From: Phoronis australis
Taxonomy: Eukaryota; Animalia; Phoronida
Direction: 5' to 3'
Length of the DNA: 64,000 nucleotides
Assembly: GCA_002633005.1 (NCBI GenBank)
Contig: NMRA01000143.1
Location: 687,402 to 751,401 of the forward strand
Within the stretch, counting starts at the first letter, position 1, and every line of letters begins with the position of its first letter. Made by a program: the position numbers and the translations under genes. Below the pieces are notes generated by a model. The model ran no database searches and was not told the DNA's origin. It was given only the letters and a program-made list of their open reading frames with translations. Below, in pieces: positions 25,056-35,800 of the stretch.

Positions 25056-28000
25056 AGTCCACAGATATGCTTTATCATGCTCACAAAACCATTTATCGCC
25101 TTGTTCCAACACTTTTTAACAATTCGGCTTGTGGCAACTACATCTTCCCAGCCCCGTTACAAGATGCAGGTCAAAGGAGGTATTATGCAACCAGATCACC
25201 ACTGGCCTCCAACAGTCTAATCACTTGAGTTTGGTAGATATCACGTGTTAGTAATCCATGAACGGACTGCTAAATGCATAGGTCACACTTGTCCATTTAC
25301 CAGACTTTGAAAGGAGTTTTCAAACTTTCCTCCAACGGTGTCAATCTTAAACGACACGTAATATCCGAAATCTGCTTAAAATTGATATTCTCTTTGTCAG
25401 AGATAAGATATTACAGTTTTTGGTGGTTGGTCTTTACCCACAGTTGTCGTGTAACTTGCTAAAAGCGTAGGTCACGATGCCCGTTTAGCACTGACTTTGA
25501 AAAGAAATTTCGAAATGTTGATCCTTTTAACTTTTGAGGGTTGTCAAGGTTACAGCTAGAGCATTATTTTGTTTCAGAGAAATGGATGGGAAAGTCGTTT
25601 TAAATATCTGTTAACAGGTACACTTTTAAGATAGAAAAAGTTAATGAAGATCGCCCGCCCAGCACTACATTGTACATGTACGTCTAAACTGTATAGTACA
25701 AGTTCCAGACCCGCGTCCGTTAATTACATGTAACACAAAATGGAAAGAAGGCCTTTAAATTCAATGGCTAAATTCCATACGAAATGAGCCACAATCTTTA
25801 GTTTATGCCAAGGGCCCTGTGCCCGTGTGAGAAATCTCAGTGGCCTCCGGGGGCCCTTTTCACCATCACGTAAGGATCATTTGCGACGCGTGTGTAAAAT
25901 CTAAGAACGTGATCTTTGTAGACATGACTATTTTATTTATTACTTGGTGAAATGAATTTTCTCCAAGTATGTTGCTTTATCAGCGCATTCGGTTTTGTTT
26001 GTTTTTTGTTCGCACGCTACAGAGCGCAAATCTTATTGAATCAACAAGAAAGTTACACACAACGTGTGTCTCGTAAATGGCTTAAAGCTTGTTGATCGGA
26101 TTCAAGATGGCGGACGTAGGGGCCATTTTGTTTCCGAATTCAGATTCAAATGCTCATAGAGGCCGCTATTTTTAACGTAGACGGCTGAAAATCTGTGCTA
26201 TTATTGTAACAAACGTGTGCTTCTTATGTATTGTAAATCATTGATTTTCGTTCAAAGATAGCGGAAATATCATCCACTACGTTTGGGCACTTCGATATCA
26301 GGACCAAAACGCGTTTTGCCCTGTAGAGGTGGCATTGTAGACGCAATTGTTTGGAAATTTTTGATGTGTTAGTCTCCTGTAAGTAGCTTTTATCAAGTGC
26401 TGTGGAAGTTGTCCTCAAAATGGCAATTTTCTACGCATGCTTACGTTTTTGAGCTATTTGACTAATTTAAAAAAAAATGCAAAACTTGGAATTTTTCGAG
26501 AATTTTATGGAATTTTTTGAAACTACTTTGATAGACAGAGTTCTTGATCATCGGGCTTTCAGGCGATATTTTCCATTTTTCGGTAGTAGGGTATCTGTTT
26601 TGCAGCTCCAGATGTTTGCTGTACTTGTTTTGTTGTTTTTGTTGGTATTTTTGTTCGCACTTCAGACCACAATAATATTATTCTTATCAGATCAACGTGA
26701 AATTCACACACAACATGTGTTTCGTGAATGGCTTCGAACCTTTATTTGTTATTGGTTGACATAGGATACAAGGTGGTGCTGAGGCGGCCATTTTCCCCTT
26801 TTTCGTTCACGGAGCCACAGCTTCACTGTTTCTGGTCAGCTTTCCGAGGTTTTACTAACTGTGGGTAGCCCATTCCAAAGGCTATCGTAATTGTTTCGTT
26901 TCTAATTCACAATACCGTTCTCCGTCGAGTTATTTGAGGACTGATCTCCATCACTGTATCTTTGGCGTCCCTCGACGGATCGGTCTGAATATGAATAGAT
27001 CATAATTTCAAGCGCTATCAGCATTTTGAAAACCCTTTCTGCTACGAATTACCGTTCTCGCGATATTCGAAAATTACTGCTCAAATGACTACTCTTTTGT
27101 TGATTAGTTAATTATAACTGCAGTTTGTTAGGCTATCACATTTGTACTACAGACCGCGGTTTTCGTCTGAACGACTTGAAATTTACGTACATGCGGTGTT
27201 TACCCAGTAAATAGCTCGAGGACACTTGTGCTTGCCGGCGAAATCGGACGCAATACTACAATTATAGGTGGCACTGTGACGACTTTTTTCGAATAATGTT
27301 TGCGGAGCTCTAGCTCCGCGATCCTTTGACTGAACCTTTTCGAACTTGGTACCTAAATATAATTATCGCCTTACCCGGGGCGGATCCAGGACTTTTAGTT
27401 GGAGGGAGGGGGGCGGGGCAGCCAGTATTTTGCCAGTCAGGGCATTTTTTGCCAGTCAAGCATTCGCATCCCGAACTGCGCCAAATGGAATCTGGGAGAA
27501 TTGGGGGGGGGGGGGGGNNNNNNNNNNNNNNNNNNNNNNNNTCTGCCGGTCTATCTAATGCATTAGTGTAATGAGCGTCGAGGTCGTTGATGATGTTCTT
27601 CGTTTCGTCGTCGATCTCATTAAACTTATAATTTCTTTCACCAAGTGATATTGTGTTTTTTATTCTGAAAGTACCATTGTTTTTACACGACAACGCGATT
27701 TTTATTCAGTCAGCCTATAACGCATTTCATGCACGCACCCAGGGGGTGGGGTGGAAGGGGGTCGGGGGGCTCTTTGGCAAAGTGGGAACTAACGAGAAGT
27801 CTGAGAAAATGAGACAAAACTCCACTAAACAACCACAAACGCGCAATTCACATTGGTGGCCCCGTTTTTTTTTTAGTCCGTCCGCTCTTTTGTTACCAAA
27901 AGGTCCACAACGTCAGGAATTCGAGCATCCCATATTGAAGGCTGGGTGCGCTCATGCTTTCTAGACATTAACCTTGCGACACACCCTATTTATCTTTGGG

Positions 28001-28602
28001 ACGTGTGTCGGATGTAACTATTTGTAATAATATATTATACACGTGGCTGCATCCTGACGAATCTGCAACTGTGTGGCTAGTATAAAGAAATATATCACGT
28101 TGCACTTTACCTCTAACCTTTGCCCTGTAACCTTCCAGCAGGTGGCTGTAAGTACACGGACGGCAGCATGCACAAGCACGGTGAGACATGGAAAACAGGT
28201 TGTTCACAGTCGGCCATGAAGTGTACATGTGAAGATGGCGCCACTGGTCGATACACATGTAACGGGCTGTAAGTAGAACATACTTTGCATATTTTATTTT
28301 ACATTAAAAACGTTTTACGGGTTTCAAGGCTCTTCCGTCAAAAAGCCATTTCAACTGTTTGTATTTGGGCTGTCACCATTCTACAGGCCTACGTGTTCAA
28401 AATTGTTTGATGTCAGGTTGCGGAACATAGGCCAACACAGGAAACATTTAGCTGTACTGTCTTCCACTACAGGTGCCCTACATGGAACAGCCTCCCATCA
28501 TCTTGCATGCTGTTCCCACCCAAGCGTGGAAAGTGTTGCCCTACGCCGCAATGTCCATCAGGCGTCACTATTCAGTATCCCCCAGGCTACGTGGAAGAAT
28601 AA
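18286..28602 (+). CDS. Secreted 3xVWC protein, gene B (328 aa); tandem paralog of the 3' end of gene A
   Basis: Exons 18286-18364 (MISLRLIVIVGALLAYANSKTVHKRA, signal peptide then KR), 19702-19819, 22098-22210, 23070-23150, 23636-23747, 24069-24179, 24652-24764, 28139-28268, 28473-28602 (TAA). Total 987 nt, in frame, all GT-AG. Exon-by-exon paralogy to gene A, with the same ending TIQYPPGYVEE*. Confidence 0.88.
19900..20330. repeat. ~147-bp degenerate tandem repeat (3 units), each with a GTTRCCATRGTAAC palindrome
   Basis: Motifs at 20018, 20166 and 20311 (spacing 148, 145), each preceded by AGTCAYGTTAVAAGCA. A further GTTGCCTTGGCAAC at 20618. Confidence 0.75.
25017..25051. repeat. (CT)n microsatellite
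   Basis: Direct reading. Confidence 0.95.
27376..27541. mobile_element. MITE family 2 copy broken by an assembly gap
   Basis: GGGGCGGATCCAGG start; shares GCATTCGCA..AATGGAATCTGGGAGAATT with the 63444 copy. Confidence 0.7.
27728..27956. mobile_element. CATGCACGCACCCAG-type MITE (family 3)
   Basis: TIR CATGCACGCACCCAG / CTGGGTGCGCTCATG. Related copies at ~31678-31889 and 42929-43147 (the latter inverted). Confidence 0.7.
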
Positions 28603-28719
28603 AGTGCTAATACCATCTGCGTTATAAACGTGTTCAATTTGGGATTTTTATTTTACCAAGGTACTCTGATTCAAAGCGCCTCCAGCGTTTGTGTACGTGA
28701 TTGTTAAATTCAGAGACGC

Positions 28720-28725
28720 AATAAA
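28720..28725 (+). terminator. Poly(A) signal of gene B
   Basis: AATAAA 118 nt after the stop, followed by a T/GT-rich tract. Confidence 0.6.
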
Positions 28726-29289
28726 ATATCAAGCAATATATGTCTTTATTGTTTAATGTCTAACACAGAATGCAAATAAGACCCTACTGCATATACAGTT
28801 TTGCTAATGTTAACTTTGTAGCAATGCGTGTTTCGCCTTGCATCATACTCATGTTTCATACATAGGTGTACATGTAAATGTTATGAGAGTAATTCGGGTG
28901 CTGAGCTGGGAAAAATCTAAATTCTATACGAAAGCATTTAGCAACAAGCGTCAGTTATGTCCGAATGTGGTCTATTAATTATTACACTCTATCAGCCAAT
29001 TTCATGAGGGTGGTTTAGACTTAAACAATATGCAGCGCATTGACGGATTTAGCATACCAAAAGAGGGGGGGGGGGGNATCATTATCAGTACATCGACGGC
29101 TCAACTTTGGCTAGTCAGCTATCTGCGACGGGCGGGGCAAACTCTCATGACCCAGATCACCTTCTCGAATCAGACGTCGCCGCACTGCAAATCTTCAACT
29201 CTTCAAGTTGCTTCTATAAAAAGCCCTTGATTCTGTGCCTGTTTTACGTAAATTTTTGTTCGCTTGGGATTAAAAATGGAATATTCGTA

Positions 29290-29370
29290 GAACTAGAAAG
29301 ACTCGAACTCCGTCACGACCTATTGGTCAGATCGCGTGTGCTCGATCTTCCATTGCGCCACCACGCTTCC
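29290..29370 (-). mobile_element. tRNA-derived SINE head / Pol III internal promoter
   Basis: Minus strand A-box TGGCGCAATGG (29360-29350) and B-box GAGTTCGAGTC (29310-29300). No intact cloverleaf. Confidence 0.5.
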
Positions 29371-30572
29371 ATAGTAGACCATGATCCTGAGACATATCGT
29401 GTACTTGCATGTTTATGGTCCACAGAGCGGTGCGCGCTACCTCCCTCCTTAATCTGCCGGTGCATCGTACCCTTTATCAGAACATTTGGAGATTTTTGTC
29501 GAGAAAAAAGCTATTCCTTTAATTATGAGCAAACTGTTCTTTGTGTGATCGATCATCTGGGCTTATCGCAAAAAGTAACTGTTTCGCGGAAGTCGACAGC
29601 TCATCGATCCGCCGACAAGACACCTCGCAAAGGTGCACTGCCTACGTCGATCTTAGAGATTTGATATTACAGTACCGCTGACTTTGAAACAAAATGGCAA
29701 ATAATGTTCTGCTAACCACACGGAACAGTGCTTAATTTCGTGGGTTACAGGAAGCTGAATATACAATAAGAAGTGAACCTGAGCTCAGGGGCGGATCCAG
29801 GATTTTGAGTTAGGGGNNNNNNNNNNNNNNNNNNNNNNNNNNNNNNNNNNNNNNNNNNNNNNNNNNNNNNNNNNNNNNNNNNNNNNNNNNNNNNNNNNNN
29901 NNNNNNNNNNNNNNNNNNNNNNNNNNNNNGCCACTGGGGCTGGTCAAAATGCAGCTTTGATAAAAACATTAACTTGTGGATGTTACAAGTCGTTTCCACT
30001 GTGTCAATTAATTGGAGTTATTTTTAAATTCTTACAAGTTTGATATACCTGTGCAGTAACAGTGCCAGCACAATAACTGAATGTCTGTGCACGGTCACGT
30101 GGTATATGTTATCTTGTTAATACAGTCAATGGGTGCGGTTAATTTCAGCATTCATTTACGCCACAAGGCTCGTGTTCGGGCTGTCAACCGTCGCGAACCC
30201 AAAGCAATAGTTTTTGCAACCAATTCAGGTGGTCCTCTTGGTTCAAGTGACCACATTCTCTCCAGAGTATTATGACACTGTTGTGTGTAAAGATTTAAGT
30301 GTTCACAACCATCAAAACAGAGATTTGACTATTTGTTCCTGCAAGTGACACAAGTGCACAGTTCAGAATGTATGTGTTGCCCCAACTGCAACAGAACATT
30401 GTACATCACAGAGCGGAATAAATGCTGAAGACTTGCGATCCAAATTTCTTGCTTGCTCAGTGTCAGAAAAAAGTGCAAGCAATGCAAGTGGAAAATATCC
30501 TATATTTTGCCAAACTGGGTATGCCAACGAAGAATCCTTGACCTCCCTGGACAACTAAACTGCTCATTAAAG

Positions 30573-30727
30573 AGTTCCATTGTAATATTAGTCATTGAGT
30601 CCCCTTGTAATAGTCATTGAGTCCCATTGTAATAGTCATTGAGTCCCCTTGTAATAGTCATTGAGTCCCCTTGTAATAGTCATTGAGTCCCCTTGTAATA
30701 GTCATTGAGTCCCCTTGTAATAGTCAC
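30573..30727. repeat. 22-bp minisatellite, ~7 copies
   Basis: (GAGTCCCCTTGTAATAGTCATT)n. Confidence 0.95.
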
Positions 30728-30779
30728 ATAATTTCAGATGTGTTTACACTTGCTGAATAAATACCAACATAACAACACC

Positions 30780-31157
30780 GTCATTTATAACTATTTTATT
30801 TACTTCATCAAATCACGTTTCACAAACTCAAAACAACATGTACAATGTTCTTGGGTGATATTTCATGTCTGGTCTATTGCATGATGGGTAATAGTCACTT
30901 AAGGGGGTTCTGCATTTTGAGAATCAGTTTTCTCTGCTGAACAACATGCATCAAACTGGTCCTCGAAACCAGGGACTCCTGTGACTACTGAGACGGCTTG
31001 TAGCAACTCCCACCCACAAGTGATCTAAGCCGAACGACTACTCTTTTAATTCCTGCACAGAATCAGTTGGTGGAAGTTTGGTAAGCAAGTAGTCTGTCCC
31101 TTTTCTCATACACAATAAGTTATTCTTGAAGATGACTGCCACACATCTAAGCCATAC
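30780..31157 (-). other. COX5A: Probable non-coding last exon (3'UTR) of COX5A with poly(A) signal
   Basis: Strong donor TAG|GTGAGT 19 nt after the stop (exon ends 32793). Acceptor TTTATTACAG| at 31157. AATAAA on the minus strand at 30795-30800. Confidence 0.6.
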
Positions 31158-32222
31158 CTGTAATAAACACATTTTTGTCATTAGCTACACAAAGCAAACC
31201 AAATTGGGCCTTTTACTCTCACCACATAAGGTCTGGTAATCTTCCTGCAACCAACAGCAACATAGAAACCTTCAGCCACTCGCGAAAACGTTTCCAAGTT
31301 TATTGGGGCTAGCCAAACCTATAACTGCGTATTTGTAAATGGCTCACATAAACAACGACTGTGACTCGAGTCGGTTATGTAAATAGAATACTATCCTGGT
31401 AAGAACAATTATGAAACTAATTTAATGACTCTAAAAGACTTGTCCGTTTCCTCTATTGAATAGACGAAATGTTGAATCAATTTGAACTTTTTTCATCTGT
31501 GCGGCGATTGTCCGTTTTTTTGATCCTACTATGGCCAAAACTGATGTAATTAAAAGATTTCCATTTTTTTAGGCAGATTAACTCGGCGAAATGCAGCTGT
31601 ACCATATGTGAAGATGTGGTTCAACATCACTGAAACGGGACCTGGCTTTAAAATCCATAACCACAAGCAAATAGCTCCCACGCGAACGAGCCCCCCCATT
31701 TAGCGGAGTGGGCAAAAAGGTCCGCCTCAGAGAAACAAAAAGTCTGAAAACGAGACAAAAGTCCACTAAAAAGGCAGGAATTCAGCGAAAGCCAAATTTA
31801 TGGCTCTGAACGTAATCCGTTTTTATAGCAAAAGGTGCTAATTCTCAAAAATTTGAGTCCCCCTAATTTTTAGGCTGGGTGCTCGCATGGCTCCATTTAC
31901 TGTTGATTCCAACTTATTGTGGCCAGTAGTGTAACACTGCTTAATTTTCAAGAAAAACAAGGCAGAACCACCATTTTACTAATTTGAGTAAGGCTATAGA
32001 CTAATAATCTAAGTGATGCGCTTCAAAAGTCACTATTTGTCGACATCGAAAATCCATGAGAGAAGGTGCACTGGGAGACTACACCTGATCACTATTTAGG
32101 TGAGTAGCATGTCTGCAATCTTGGCAAATCTGGTTCCACACAATGCCGTGTAATGCAAGTTAAAACTACTTGTAATCTGAGGTTGCACAGGGGACTGGAT
32201 AGAGCTTGTTACCCTTTTGCCG

Positions 32223-32438
32223 ATTCATTCTCATCTTATCATACCATGAAGTTGTCAATTCATTCTCATCTTATCATAGCATGAAGTTGTCAATTCATTC
32301 TCATCTTATCATAGCATGAAGTTGTCAATTCATTCTCATCTTATCATAGCATGAAGTTGTCAATTCATTCTCATCTTATCATACCATGAAGTTGTCAATT
32401 CATTCTCATCTTATCATAGCATGAAGTTGTCAATTCAT
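32223..32438. repeat. 35-bp minisatellite, ~6 copies
   Basis: (ATTCATTCTCATCTTATCATASCATGAAGTTGTCA)n, nearly identical units with no spacers. Confidence 0.95.
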
Positions 32439-32811
32439 GGCCCACCCAATGTAGAGTTCAATAAAACTTTTACACTCTGGCTAATTTTATCAGTGAACGT
32501 GTGTTGCCCCAGTGCAGCCAAATAGTAGAGTTGCCAACAAACAATTAAAAGATCACTGTTTCAAATCCAACCTTATAGCTGGACCTTGCAATAACATTTT
32601 CTGCTCCAGTTGTATGAAGTATTCCTCATGGGCGATTGTAAAAAATCCGCGGTAGTGTGCGGTAAAAATTCTCTAATTTGAGACAGTGAATAATGTAAAG
32701 TGGTATCTTGCTTGTGTGGATTTGAGAATCGTGCTGTAAATCAGTCTTTGTAATCATCTTCTATGAAAAACGTCTAGAAAAAGAAAACTCACCTATAAAA
32801 ACAATTGAGGC

Positions 32812-35800
32812 TCACATGTCATAGACATTTTTTAACGCTAATTCTGGTTTGTCATAACCAAGTTCTTCTGGCGTTGAGATACCAAGTTCATCCAGTGTGG
32901 GCCTGATTTCTTGTAGGATGTAAGGCCAGATCTCACCCACTCGAGGGCCGCACTTGTCCTGGGAGATGCACAACAAAGAGAATTTAGACACATTGCTTAT
33001 TGATTGACAGATTTATTCAAGAACCATTTAAAAAACAATAAGACTAATATAATAAAAATACAATAAAAATATAATTAAGATACAAACGCAAGCACAATAG
33101 AAAGCATGACAATACGACAGGTTGTAAAATGACCAGATGACAAAAAGAAGATAACGCAGGAGACTGTAACACTTATCCAACAAAATTTGGTTTCATTATG
33201 TTTTTGATGCTGTTGCTTTGCTTTGAATGAACTTTTCTTTTTCGTTACATTTTACTTAAAAATACACGGCCACAAGACCTGACTAAAAAAAGACTTGAAA
33301 AAAGTCTAAAATCCAATTCTGCAAGGTTTTTACAGAAAACTTATACTTTTACTGTAGAGTTAAACCTATGGTTTTATGACACTTTATTAAATACAGTCTT
33401 GATGATAAGGTTCAACATAACCTTACACAATAAACAGACACATAAATAGACATATAAGTGAACACAGACAAATAGTTTCACAGACAAACAAAGTAGTTAC
33501 ATGTCCGACAGCACAGATTTTGTTAAGTGTCGGCTGTCGGACTGGATCCGACAGATTTTACATTTGTCGAGACATTGGCCAGATTCATTTCTGGGAATGG
33601 TGTTGACAACATTTGCCCTCCATTTTTGCCGCGAACTTGACGATTCGAGGCAAAGAACCACTCTGTTCGAAAGTTTTTTGTTTTCTCTGCCTGTCAATTT
33701 AGGCCAAACTTTGATTGCCATACTCCAATCCTATTTAGATGGGTGTACACACCAGTGCATGAAAATGCTGCCACTGGGGTACCAACGGACCACCAAAGCT
33801 GGCAGGAACAAGGCCTGCTTGGTCTGAATTTTTGGAAAACTCCCGGGTTATAGAATCCCGTACAAATCCCTCCTCCAATGGCAAATTTTGTCTGACTGAT
33901 TTTCAAAATCTCCCGACAGATTTTGACAGTTCAGGACAATGTCCGGGACCTACAGAAAATAGCAAAATTCCTGCTACAGTAGTGGATTACGATAAGATAG
34001 AGCACATAACTGGTGAATATTGATTGCCACCAGACAGATGCATTTAGAAACATAAAGAGAACTTACTTTTTGAAAATGTAAACAAAGGGCTCATTTTGTC
34101 AGAGGTCATCGCCATCGTGAGTTTGGAAACATGGTGGGGTGGGGTGAAATGTGTGACCTTTGATAAAATGAGTTCCCACCAACCAAACTTATGTACACGC
34201 TGAAAATCAATGCAGAGGAGTTGATAATAGCACCAGATCGACACTCGGAAACTACTGTACCTTAATGGCTTCTAGGTAGCGTGTTGTCATGGCGTAGTCG
34301 TTGAGTCGTCTACATGCCTTTAGTCCAGCAATGATGACTTCTGGTTCAGGAACTATATCCATTCCCTAACGTACAAACAAAGACTGTCAAGTCACAAGTC
34401 CGTTCCAAGCCACGAACAAACCCCCCATAAGAAGTGTTTATCCCTTTTAAGTAAGAAACTTTGCATTAGGAAATTGACCACACAACTAATCTTTCAACAC
34501 CTCATCATACATTTTCAAAATATCTGGAATTAAAAAAGGAATTTCAGCACTTGATTTGGTGACCTGCAGGCCACCAATGCGACCTCAGATTGTGTTTGGC
34601 GACCAGGGAAACATTCCAAGTCGCCACTAGTAGTATCTAAGTAAAAAAATAATTCCCTCTAAATACTATTCAAAGTTCGTGTTGACTTCCAAAGTTAAAT
34701 GACTCACAGGTTTCCTAGATTTATTACCTTTGATTCACAATTTTTCAGTCGATTTCGTGAAATCACGCATTTGCCACCATGCTCAAATTATGCTGGAAGT
34801 AAACAGACATCTAAGTCGGAATTGTTCCGTAAAAATTGGGCAAGATCGGCGAAATTTGCACCACCAGTCTATGTGGTCATCTGCTTTCTATGTCCGTCCG
34901 TGGTGGGAGCACTTGAGATAGAAAAGGTACGCCTACACTTAGGCATTTATGAGGAGTACGTAACACTAAGACCTTGACTTTTTTGTTGAACTGTGCAACC
35001 CTCTTACCTGCATGTCATTCATAGCCTGACGCAGGTCCCAGCCGTCAATATCTGGCCTGTTGAAGTAGTCTATGTACTTCTGTTCCAGGTTGGGATCAGC
35101 CTCGGGGAAGTGTTTATGTCTTACGCACATTATGGCTGAAGAAATGGAAGAAAAATAAATTACACATGCCAAGGCTGGTGAAATGGACAATACTTATAAC
35201 TCAATGGAAGAAAAATAGATTGCTCGTTTGCCTCACACGGGCCATGGTCACAGGAAAGGTCGGTGCTATATTTCACTGGAAAAAAATTATGCCTTACGCA
35301 CACCATGGCTGAAGTATTGGAAGAAAACTAAGTCACTTACGCAATTAAAGTTTGTTATCTTCTACATCGACTTGTTCACATCTACTTAAAATCTTTTTGG
35401 ACCCAAGTGGTCAACAAATCACTATTCCTATCACTACTCCACTCGACTCTTTTGAATAACTCAAGAATTTAATGCAGAGTAATTGAGAACCGTGCTTGGT
35501 CATCTACTTTCCTGTCTTACCTGCTAATAAAGAAAAGTTTAAATGACTGCTAGGGCCCCTGTTCTTTGACAGACCTTAGTGCGCTTCTCCAGTGACCTAG
35601 TTACGGGACCTCGATTGAAATTGAAAAGTCAAAAATAATGCACCAGCTTGAATCGAAATAAAAGCGAAGGCATTGTTTCTTTTCATATTTTTCAAGCTGA
35701 ATACATTAGCTATAAAAGTACTTGTAATTCTTTAATTAAAATTAAGTTACCGATGAAAAAAAGTTGGAAAATAAAATCTCAGTGCTTGTTTCGAACTTGG

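Noticed and set aside
29107-29664. 185-aa ORF on the + strand
   Set aside because: Non-ATG start, no recognisable domain, and it overlaps a tRNA-derived repeat on the opposite strand.
32223-32438. CRISPR-like appearance of 35-bp (and 22-bp at 30573) repeats
   Set aside because: Units are directly adjacent with no unique spacers, there are no cas genes, and the context is eukaryotic; these are minisatellites.
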